Made by a program: the position numbers and the translations under genes. Of a DNA stretch of 24,451 nucleotides, positions 16,613 through 23,882 are shown piece by piece; position 1 is the stretch's first letter; each line of letters starts with the position of its first letter. This DNA comes from Desulfobacteraceae bacterium. Lineage in GTDB: Bacteria > Desulfobacterota > DSM-4660 > Desulfatiglandales > HGW-15. Location: the NCBI GenBank assembly GCA_046538465.1, contig JBKHIW010000001.1, positions 1-24,451 of the forward strand. Direction: 5' to 3'. Below the pieces are notes generated by a model. That model was given only the letters and a program-made list of their open reading frames with translations. It searched no databases and was not told the origin of the DNA.

Positions 16613-18421
16613 TCAGCTCATATCCGCCCGGTTGAACGAAAGCTCTTCAGGCCACTCCCTGAAGTGCCCGTCCCATGGCCCTTTTGTACAGGCGTCGACC
16701 AGGATTTTCCTCCCTGAGACGCGGATATCCCGCTCGGCGTCCACATTGCTGCACGCCCTCCAAACCAGGCCTCGGTGGTCAAAGAGATCCACCCCTGAGT
16801 CGAACAGCACCAGGATGTTGAACGCCCGAGCAGCCTCCAGGCCGAAGAGCAGTTCTTCATAGTAGGAAGTGTTTCTGCCGGGGCCCCACTCCACACTGGC
16901 AAAGGCAAGCCCGTTTTTCATTGCCCCCTGCCCCCCATCCCAGGCCCTTGCATCCACCACCCCTGGCACCTGTTCCTTTATGGCATTCAAGGCCTTCAGC
17001 AGGGCCTCGCTTGACCGGTCGACCCCTTCGCAGCCAGGCTGCCTGGGAGGCTCTCCTTGGGCCCGGGATGTGAGGTCTATCCCGACCTTGCCTCCAAAGA
17101 CGGGCACGGGTGAGGCGTGGTCCAGTACGTCCAGCGGGCCCTTGCCCCTGATCAGGTCGGTCTCCGGGTCGAGCCGTTCCAAGATCAAGGCCGCGAGATG
17201 CAGGGGATCCCGAAGAGGGGTATCCGCATCCACTACTAGGACGGCCTTTGCCAGACTCATTTGGCCTTGACCCCATAGGCCGTAGATCGCCTGCCGGGCC
17301 TCTCCCGGGTATGATTTTTCCACTGCAACAACCACCAGGTTGTGAAAGACCCCTTCAAAAGGCAGCCAATGATCCTTGACCTGGGGAAGAAGCATTTGTA
17401 TCAGCGGCAGAAACAGCCGCTCTGTCGCCAATCCCAGATATGCGTCCTCCATCGGCGGAGGGCCCACCACCGTGGCGCAGTAAAGAGGATTACGCCTGTG
17501 GGTCAAGGCGGTTACATGAAATACGGGGTAGTCGTCGGGAAGGGAGTAGTAGCCGGTGTGGTCTCCAAAAGGCCCTTCCTTCCGGAATTCATCCGGATCC
17601 ACGTACCCTTCCAGCACGAACTCGGCCTCGGCCGGCACTTCCAGGTCGTTGGTCACGCACCTGGTCATTGAAACGTAGCGCCCCCTTATGAAACCAGCCA
17701 GCAATAGTTCGTCCACATTCCTGGGAAGGGGCGCGGTTGCTGCATATATGGTCGCGGGGTCGGCCCCCACGGCCACCGACACGGGCATCCTCCTGCCCGC
17801 CCTCCGGTATTCCTGAAAAAAATGCGCCCCGTCCTTGTGGGGATGCCAGTGCATTCCGGTGGTGGCGCGATCAAAGACCTGCATCCGGTACATCCCTACA
17901 TTCCTCTTGTCCGACACCAAGCTCCGGGTGAAGACGAGAGGGAGTGTTATGAAGGGGCCTCCGTCTCCGGGCCAGCAGTGGAGCACAGGAAGCTTTCGGA
18001 GATCCACGGAGTCCCCTTGGAGCACCACCTCCTGACACGGTGCGCGGCCCCGGTGCCGGCGTGGCAGAAAGCCGGCCATGGAAATCATAACGGGCAAGAG
18101 TCTGCGCGCGTCTCTCAGGCCCCTGGGTGGGGAGAGTGTGAGCAGAGATCGAAGTCTTTGCCCCAGCTGATCAAGATTCTCCACTCCCATAGCCATCGAG
18201 ATCCGTCTCATGCTCCCGAAAAGGTTGGTGGCGGCTGGAAACGGCGATCCTTCAACCTGTTCGAAAAAAAGCGCCTTGCCCCCGCCGGGGCTCTTGGCCT
18301 CCTTGTCGGTCATCCGACTGATTTCCAGGTGGGAAGAGACCTTTCGTCCTATTCTCTTGAGCTCGCCGGCTTGCTCCAGGCACTGGACGAACTCCCCTAT
18401 GTTCGCATACCACGTCTTCAT
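16613..18421 (-). CDS. mqnL: UbiD-family decarboxylase, menaquinone (futalosine pathway) type
   Basis: ATNLFGS, WPGDGGPFITLP, NVGMYRMQ, MHWHPHKDG, EGPFGDHTGYY, ATVVGPPPMED, GPLDVLDH, KVGIDLT; 602 aa with a C-terminal extension typical of the long form. Next to an MqnP-like domain. Confidence 0.88.
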   Translation of the reverse strand: MKTWYANIGEFVQCLEQAGELKRIGRKVSSHLEISRMTDKEAKSPGGGKALFFEQVEGSPFPAATNLFGSMRRISMAMGVENLDQLGQRLRSLLTLSPPRGLRDARRLLPVMISMAGFLPRRHRGRAPCQEVVLQGDSVDLRKLPVLHCWPGDGGPFITLPLVFTRSLVSDKRNVGMYRMQVFDRATTGMHWHPHKDGAHFFQEYRRAGRRMPVSVAVGADPATIYAATAPLPRNVDELLLAGFIRGRYVSMTRCVTNDLEVPAEAEFVLEGYVDPDEFRKEGPFGDHTGYYSLPDDYPVFHVTALTHRRNPLYCATVVGPPPMEDAYLGLATERLFLPLIQMLLPQVKDHWLPFEGVFHNLVVVAVEKSYPGEARQAIYGLWGQGQMSLAKAVLVVDADTPLRDPLHLAALILERLDPETDLIRGKGPLDVLDHASPVPVFGGKVGIDLTSRAQGEPPRQPGCEGVDRSSEALLKALNAIKEQVPGVVDARAWDGGQGAMKNGLAFASVEWGPGRNTSYYEELLFGLEAARAFNILVLFDSGVDLFDHRGLVWRACSNVDAERDIRVSGRKILVDACTKGPWDGHFREWPEELSFNRADMS

Positions 18422-18466
18422 GAACGCTCCTTGCCCAATGCGGGCTTTGCCTCTGTCTGCAGGCGG

Positions 18467-20125
18467 TCACCCGGCAGCGTGCCTGGCCACTTCATCGCAC
18501 AGGACTCCCAGAAAAAGAACCACCGAAATCGCACTGTTTACATGGAAAAAGGCGACGTGTATCCGCTCCAGGTCATAGGGCCTTACAATTCTGTGCTCCG
18601 CTGCCAGCAGGGCCCCTATCACCGCAAGGGCCCCCAGGTATACAGGACCGAGATCGAAGATCACCATAAGCAGGAACAGGCAGACAAAGGCCGCCAGGTG
18701 AAGCAATGAAGAGATAAAAAAAGCTGTCCTTATCCCGAATCGTGCCGGGATAGAGAGTAGCCCCGCCCGGCGGTCATAATCCAAATCCTGACAGGCGTAA
18801 AGTATGTCGAAGCCTGCAATATAGGCCAAGAGGGCCCCGGACAGGACCAGTATCCCTGGATCCAAATCACCGGTGACCGCGATCCAGGCCCCGACCGGGG
18901 CCAAGGAGATGGCGAAACCTAGATAAAGATGGGTGAATACAGTGAATCTCTTTGTGTAAGAGTAGGAGAAGAGTATCATCAAGACCGGGAAGGCCAATAT
19001 AAAGCAAAGCTTGCTGATCATCGCAGCGGATAATAAAAAAAGAGCCGAGAATCCCGCAACAAACAGGGAGGCCTGGGTGAAGGAGATCTCTCCGGCTGGG
19101 AGGGCCCTGTTCGCGGTTCTCGGGTTCTCCCGGTCATAGGTCCTATCCACTATACGGTTGAATCCCATGGCTGCAGATCTCGCCCCCACCATGGCGGCAA
19201 GTATCCAAAAAATCAGGCCCGGGGTTATTTGGTGCTCCCGTTGGGCCAGTACCACGGCGGACAAGGCAAAGGGCAGGGCAAAGACCGTGTGGGAGAACTT
19301 GACCATCCGCCCGAAAACCGCCACGGCGTCTCCAAGTCCGCCCTCCTGCGTGCACACGAGCCGATTCCTGCCTGACTCCAGATACTTCCATGTGCATAGT
19401 ATCCGCTCCAAGTAGTTGAAGACCTCATATATGATTACTCCCAAGAGGCTCATCCCCATGATACCGACAAACATCTGCTCATAGGCGAAGCGTCCCCAGG
19501 AGTCCATGATCAAGAATCCCAGTCCCCTGTCAGTGGCAAAGGACTCCACGAAAAAAAGAACGGCGATCCCCGTGCCCGTGCCTATTCTGAGTGCGGTGAA
19601 TCCGCCTGGCAGGGCCGCGGGCATCACCACGTGGCGGATCACGTCCAGGCCGGAGCCCCCCAATGAGCGCAGTGAGTCCACATACTTTCGGTCAAGGCCG
19701 GCCACCGAGTCGCGCGTGGCCACCAATACCTGATAGCCTATGATCATGCTGATCATGAAGACCTTGGAGATATCTCCGAGACCGAATATGATAAGAAAAA
19801 TCGGAAGAAGTACAATCTTAGGTATGGGGTATGTCAAGAATACGGCCGGCGAGAGCAGCTTATCGGCCCTTTGGTGAAAACCCAGAAGAACCCCGGTCGG
19901 AAAAGCCACCGTCCACGCAAGAGCCATGGCCGCACCCACCCTGAACGCGCTGGCGCCTAGATGCCTCCAGAACATACCCTCCTTTACGGCCAAGCCAAAG
20001 GCGGCAAAGGCCTGCTCCGGGGGCGGGAGCACGTTGGAGGAAAGGCCCCATGATAAAAGCTTCCACCCGCCTACCAACACGGCCACCGTGAGCGCATAAC
20101 GCATGATAGGCCCTGTCTCCCTCAT
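18467..20125 (-). CDS. Fusion protein: SsuC/NitT-type ABC permease (N-terminal) + MqnP/UbiA-like prenyltransferase (C-terminal)
   Basis: One uninterrupted ORF; ATG 20125 overlaps the ATPase TGA (ATGA); 552 aa. Permease part: LPPP, HL.AS..RV, PIPKIVLLP, EAA-like loop VDSLRSLG, MPAALP. UbiA part from about 19306: MVKFSHTVFALPFA, GARSAAMGFNRIVDRTYDRENPRTANRALPAG, YSYTKRFT, YACQDLDYD. Confidence 0.85.
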   Translation of the reverse strand: MRETGPIMRYALTVAVLVGGWKLLSWGLSSNVLPPPEQAFAAFGLAVKEGMFWRHLGASAFRVGAAMALAWTVAFPTGVLLGFHQRADKLLSPAVFLTYPIPKIVLLPIFLIIFGLGDISKVFMISMIIGYQVLVATRDSVAGLDRKYVDSLRSLGGSGLDVIRHVVMPAALPGGFTALRIGTGTGIAVLFFVESFATDRGLGFLIMDSWGRFAYEQMFVGIMGMSLLGVIIYEVFNYLERILCTWKYLESGRNRLVCTQEGGLGDAVAVFGRMVKFSHTVFALPFALSAVVLAQREHQITPGLIFWILAAMVGARSAAMGFNRIVDRTYDRENPRTANRALPAGEISFTQASLFVAGFSALFLLSAAMISKLCFILAFPVLMILFSYSYTKRFTVFTHLYLGFAISLAPVGAWIAVTGDLDPGILVLSGALLAYIAGFDILYACQDLDYDRRAGLLSIPARFGIRTAFFISSLLHLAAFVCLFLLMVIFDLGPVYLGALAVIGALLAAEHRIVRPYDLERIHVAFFHVNSAISVVLFLGVLCDEVARHAAG

Positions 20126-20844
20126 GCCGCCAACTCCCGGCGGACCTTGCTCACGCATTCGAAGAACTCCGGCCGGGTCCGCAGACCTGGTTCGCCAAAG
20201 CCCGGGTTCTCCACCAACGCCTTGACTCGAGCCGGGCGGTCGGTGAGGATCAAAACCCTCGCGCCAAGAAAAACCGCCTCCTCCACGCTGTGGGTCACCA
20301 CCACATAAGTCAGTCGGCGTCTGGTCCATGTCTCCAGCAAGGTGTTCTGCAGATTCTCCCGGGTAATCGCGTCCAAGGATGAAAAGGGCTCGTCCATCAA
20401 GAGGACTTCCGGCTCCACGGCCAAGGCGCGGGCTATCGCGACCCGCTGCTTTTGACCTCCGCTCAGTTGAACCGGGTATCTCTGCTTGAGCCCGGAAAGA
20501 CCCAGCTCTTTCAGCAGGGGCTCCGCCAGGGCCCTCATCCTTTCCTTGGAGGTCCTTCGTATCCTCAGGCCCAGGGTCACATTGTCGTAAACATTCTTCC
20601 AGGGAAACAGACCAAAGTCCTGAAGTATAAACGAGACCTCACAGTCCTTTCCCCGCCCCACATTCACCTCGCCCGAGGTAGGTTTCATCAGTCCTGCCAG
20701 TATATAGAGGAGCGTGGTCTTACCGCAACCAGAGGGGCCTATCACCGCCACTGTCTGCCCCTGGGCTACGGAAAAACCGATATCCTCCAGCACCGCCCCG
20801 TCCCTTGGATCATAGGTCTTGGAGAGGCCGCCCACCCTGATCAT
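20122..20844 (-). CDS. ABC transporter ATP-binding protein (SsuB/TauB/NitT type)
   Basis: GPSGCGKT, LSGGQKQR, LLMDEPFSSLD, VTH. ATG 20844 overlaps the binding-protein TGA (ATGA). Confidence 0.92.
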   Translation of the reverse strand: MIRVGGLSKTYDPRDGAVLEDIGFSVAQGQTVAVIGPSGCGKTTLLYILAGLMKPTSGEVNVGRGKDCEVSFILQDFGLFPWKNVYDNVTLGLRIRRTSKERMRALAEPLLKELGLSGLKQRYPVQLSGGQKQRVAIARALAVEPEVLLMDEPFSSLDAITRENLQNTLLETWTRRRLTYVVVTHSVEEAVFLGARVLILTDRPARVKALVENPGFGEPGLRTRPEFFECVSKVRRELAA

Positions 20845-21794
20845 CGGACCTCCCCCTGCCATACCATCTCCCTGTAGGAAGGGAGCTTGTCGACAAGGCC
20901 GCGGGAAGACATCCATCCCCCCACCTCTTCCAAGTCCTTTATCGGGGGCACCCTGGCATCCGGGAAGAGCGGCACCCTGTAAGCCTCTCCCACTTGCTCC
21001 GGGAACCTGGTCCGTCTGACCAGTAGGTCGCGGTAGGCCTCGGGGTTGCGGTTTATTCGACGGACCGCCCGACGGTAGGCCCGGACAAAGGCGGGGCCTG
21101 CATTCCCACCTCGCTGGAGAAGCTCGTTAGTCAATGCGACTACCGTGAGCGTGGTATCCAGCCCCCGGTCATCCAAGACCACCCGCCCTCCCTGCTGCTC
21201 GGCCAGAGTTAACAGGGGCTCGGGGAGAAGCGCTGCAGACACTCTGTCGGCCAGCAGGACCTGCAGCCTCACCGGGATCTTTTTGATTTCCTCCTTTACC
21301 ACAAAGCCCTCTTCCAGACCCTCCCTTTCAAGCAGGCGGTCCAAAAGGTATTCGATAATCGTGGCCCGCGATATGGCCACTCTCTTTCCCTCGAGATCCC
21401 TGTAGGTTCGTATGCCGCTCCCGGGCGCACCCACCACCCCGAACATCCGGTGGTCTGAATTTGTGCGAAAGGCAGTGGCCACGATCCTGACCTCAGCTCC
21501 CGCCCCTGCCAGCAGCAAGGTGTTGAGCAGATCGCCGAAGCAGCCGTCCAAGCGCCCCGCTTGTAGGGCGACGTCCCTTTCCATAGCGCTTTGAAAATAG
21601 ATCAGCTCCACTTCCAGCCCCTGCTCCTCGAATAAACCTTGTTCCTCTGCCGCTAGCAGGGGAAGAGTGTCCACCACCGGCAGCAGACCCAGGCGCACCG
21701 GGCCTCCGGCCGCGGGCGGTGATGGGAAAAGGAACAAGGCCAGGAGAAAGACCGGTCCTGAAATCCACTTCCCAACCGATCCTTTGCTTTTCAT
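20841..21794 (-). CDS. ABC transporter substrate-binding protein (SsuA/NMT1-like)
   Basis: Signal peptide, then VRLGLLP..D.LPL..AEEQGLF..QGL.VEL, AL.AG.LDG, DLEGKRVA, PEP; GGAGG RBS; 317 aa. Confidence 0.88.
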   Translation of the reverse strand: MKSKGSVGKWISGPVFLLALFLFPSPPAAGGPVRLGLLPVVDTLPLLAAEEQGLFEEQGLEVELIYFQSAMERDVALQAGRLDGCFGDLLNTLLLAGAGAEVRIVATAFRTNSDHRMFGVVGAPGSGIRTYRDLEGKRVAISRATIIEYLLDRLLEREGLEEGFVVKEEIKKIPVRLQVLLADRVSAALLPEPLLTLAEQQGGRVVLDDRGLDTTLTVVALTNELLQRGGNAGPAFVRAYRRAVRRINRNPEAYRDLLVRRTRFPEQVGEAYRVPLFPDARVPPIKDLEEVGGWMSSRGLVDKLPSYREMVWQGEVR

Positions 21795-21832
21795 TCTTTC
21801 TTCCCTCCTGGATACACCGGACTATATTCCAC

Positions 21833-21860
21833 AGGCCCCTTCCAAGGGTCAAGGGGGCCT
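21833..21860. other. GC-rich hairpin between the remnant cluster and the ABC operon (terminator/attenuator-like)
   Basis: AGGCCCCTT (21833-21841) pairs with AAGGGGGCCT (21851-21860, one bulged G). Only a short T-run follows, and only on the plus strand. Confidence 0.4.
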
Positions 21861-21869
21861 TTGCCCGCA

Positions 21870-22259
21870 TCAATCAGTTGTCGCAGCCCCCTCACGAAGA
21901 TCAAAGCCCAGGCCGGGAGAGGTCCTGGGGAAGAGCGTCCCTTGCCTCAGTATAACCGCCCCGCACGAAGGATCGCCTCTCAGACCGAGATGTCCGTCCA
22001 AGTCGGCATAGTAAACGTTCCCCCTGGCCAGGGCGAAGTGTAGCCCGGCCGCGATTTCGAGCTCGGCTTCGTCCATGCACCCCACCATAACCTCCAGCCC
22101 TGCCGCCTTTCCCAAAAGGTCGTAAAGGGCCGTGTCCACTGCGGCAAGCGCCGAGGGATTCGCTGCAAGGCCCGGACGGAGCCTCTCAAGCAGCTTGGAG
22201 ATGCGCAGAGGGTCCCTCCCGTCCGGCAAAGGGGCGGCCGTTATATGCTTTATTCGCAC
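21870..22259 (-). pseudogene. Internally deleted dipeptide (L-Ala-D/L-Glu) epimerase-like enolase-superfamily gene
   Basis: 129-aa ORF joining a short N-terminus ([10 protein letters not shown]), the capping-domain helix ([22 protein letters not shown]) and the C-terminal segment (EVMVGCMDE...YADLDGH...PGLG). The barrel core with KxK and the D/E/D metal ligands is absent. Confidence 0.8.
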
Positions 22260-22262
22260 GGC

Positions 22263-23006
22263 TCAGTACCTTTTTTGATGGATCTCGTCCAGACTCAAAC
22301 GCTTGAGGTCTTCTATCAGGGCCACCAAATGCCGAATCATCAGCTCCCACATGCGCTCGCCCTTCTCCTTGGTCGCCTTGGTTGGATCGCCCAGGACACC
22401 GGTGGTCGAGATGCTGGCTGTATAGGCATACCAGCCTATGCTTCGTCTGGAAGAGAAGTTGAGGCAGCGGCTGGAAAACTCCGGTACGAACCGCTTCATC
22501 TTTTCCCGCCTCACCAAGGCAGGCCTGGCGGCCAGTGCTGTACTGGTCTCTATCTCCCCTGCATGGACGTCGTTGGGGGTATCGACCAGGGCGTATATGT
22601 CAGGGTCGCTGGTCTCTCCAGTATCCACACAGGTAAAGATGCGCGCGTCTCTGTTGATCTTCTGGGCGGCGAAGTGAAGCGACGGGCTGTTGCCGCCATG
22701 GCCGTTTATTATCACCAGCTTGGTGATCCCCTGTCTGGCCACGCTCATGCCGATTTCATATGCGAGCCGGCTCAATGTGTCAGGGCTGATTGCAACGGTC
22801 CCCTTAAAGCCTTCGTGGTGGTAGGAGACCCCATAGGCCACCAAAGGCAGGACCAAGGGCTTGGGATCAGAGCAGGCCCGGGCAAAGCCGCGGTGGGACG
22901 GCTGGCCGGCGCTCCGCCCCGGGGATGATCGAACCGGTAAGGCCTGTTGAAGGATGGATCCTTCAAGGGATCGAAATCGATCCATCTCCTGCCGCTCTTT
23001 AGCCAT
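22263..23006 (-). pseudogene. Creatininase-family amidohydrolase, 5'-truncated
   Basis: Recognisable from about 22885 down: LVLPLVAYGVSYHH, INGHGGN, HAGEIETS, GVLGDPTKAT.EKG. The N-terminal LPxGSxEQHGxHLPxxTD motif (metal ligands E, H, D) is missing. Confidence 0.8.
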
Positions 23007-23440
23007 ACCCCACTGGCATGGCTCATCCAGATGCGGAGCAAAGGCTCGCGGAGTTCCACAGGCATCAGGTCCACCGGCGACCTCTCCGGATCAAACCGTA
23101 TGCCGAGGACCTCCGGGCGCTGGCGGGCCCGGACCCGGCCCAAGCCCTCCGCCTGTATGCGGCCGCTGCTGCGCAGCAGAAAACCCGTATGCTCCACTAC
23201 CCGGGCCTCCTGGTGGGCTCCTCCAGCTACCAGCATGCGCAGACAATCAGACGTCTGCCTTTGATCATACCCGCAGGTACCAGGGTCCCCACCGACGGCC
23301 AAGAGCATACCCACCACCCTGCGGCACTTCTCGCACCGGCCGCCTCCGCGTTTTCCACGGTTTGCCGGACCGATCTCAATATCGGAATGCCTGTCCTTCT
23401 CCCGTCAAGCTCCCCTCCCGCGTCTCTTCCTTCCAGGTCT
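22900..23440 (-). pseudogene. Possible frameshifted remnant of an unidentified gene
   Basis: Two minus-strand frames (track ORFs 23227..23517 and 22772..23317) have protein-like segments that abut (RQTVENA..GWW, then DCLRMLVAGGAH..EHT..RFDP..LRIW..WIDFDP). It sits between two clear remnants. Family not identified. Confidence 0.3.
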
Positions 23441-23443
23441 GAA

Positions 23444-23662
23444 TCAATCACTGAAAGTACCAGGTAGCGAAGGCTGCGCCTCGGCCCTCTCTCTAGAGGC
23501 CTCCACCGCCGCCTCATAGTCCCCGGGGATCCTTATCAGCCGAACCCCAGCATCGACCATCTCCTGAGTCCTTCTGGTGTGATTCCGCTCAGGTATATAT
23601 ATGAAGCAATCCAGCCCGGCTGTAGCCGAGGCAAGGGCCACTGCAGCACCGTAATTGCCGCA
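23444..23662 (-). pseudogene. Fragment of a fold-type II PLP enzyme (threonine-synthase-like)
   Basis: CGNYGAAVALASATAGLDCFIYIP...QEM..AG..LIRIPGDYEAAVEAS is the SGN-loop region of this family. An in-frame TGA lies 6 codons upstream, the PLP-lysine region is absent, and the C-terminal half is absent. Confidence 0.8.
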
Positions 23663-23716
23663 CTTTTCTCCTTTCCGCTGTCACAGACAAAAATCTATCC
23701 AATAAAAAGCATATTA

Positions 23717-23739
23717 ATGCATTTTTAAAGTAAATGCAT
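23717..23739. promoter_or_regulatory. Candidate operator, perfect inverted repeat ATGCATTT-N7-AAATGCAT
   Basis: 8-bp arms at 23717-23724 and 23732-23739 in AT-rich intergenic DNA, overlapping the -10/start region of the minus-strand promoter. Confidence 0.45.
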
Positions 23740-23766
23740 GTTAGGGAAAAGTAGTCTGAGAGTCAA
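23738..23766 (-). promoter_or_regulatory. Candidate sigma70 promoter for the decayed cluster (possibly reading through to the ABC-mqn operon)
   Basis: Minus strand TTGACT (23766-23761), 17-nt spacer, TAACAT (23743-23738). Confidence 0.5.
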
Positions 23767-23803
23767 TGGGAAACCCCTTTGACTGAGGCTACGGCGACGG
23801 TCT

Positions 23804-23833
23804 TTGACATCACCATACTTCTTGGTTTACGCT
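23804..23833 (+). promoter_or_regulatory. Candidate sigma70 promoter for cobB
   Basis: TTGACA (23804-23809), 18-nt spacer, TACGCT (23828-23833), 50 nt upstream of ATG 23883. Confidence 0.45.
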
Positions 23834-23882
23834 CAATCTAAGATTCATTGTATTTCAATCGAGGAAGAGAGGACTTCAGCAA

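Noticed and set aside
20126-20329. N-terminal 68-aa extension of the permease-UbiA fusion in the ORF track (likewise the upstream starts at 2522, 7252, 11161 and 20916)
   Set aside because: The extensions overlap neighbouring genes, look non-protein-like, and better starts exist (ATGA coupling, RBS or signal-peptide position).
21870-22259. Enolase-superfamily remnant as MenC (o-succinylbenzoate synthase), given the nearby menaquinone genes
   Set aside because: The GCMDE and ADLDGH segments are dipeptide-epimerase-like, and the neighbouring genes belong to the futalosine route, which does not use MenC.
23018-23467. 149-aa plus-strand ORF inside the decayed region
   Set aside because: No recognisable motifs or RBS, and it is antisense to the co-oriented remnants.
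23751-23800. CTGAGA...ACCCCTTTGA and the GGGAAACCC stem as a TPP or c-di-GMP riboswitch
   Set aside because: The P4/P5 elements of TPP and the second stem of c-di-GMP-I are absent, and the stem lies upstream of both predicted start sites. Kept only as a DNA dyad.
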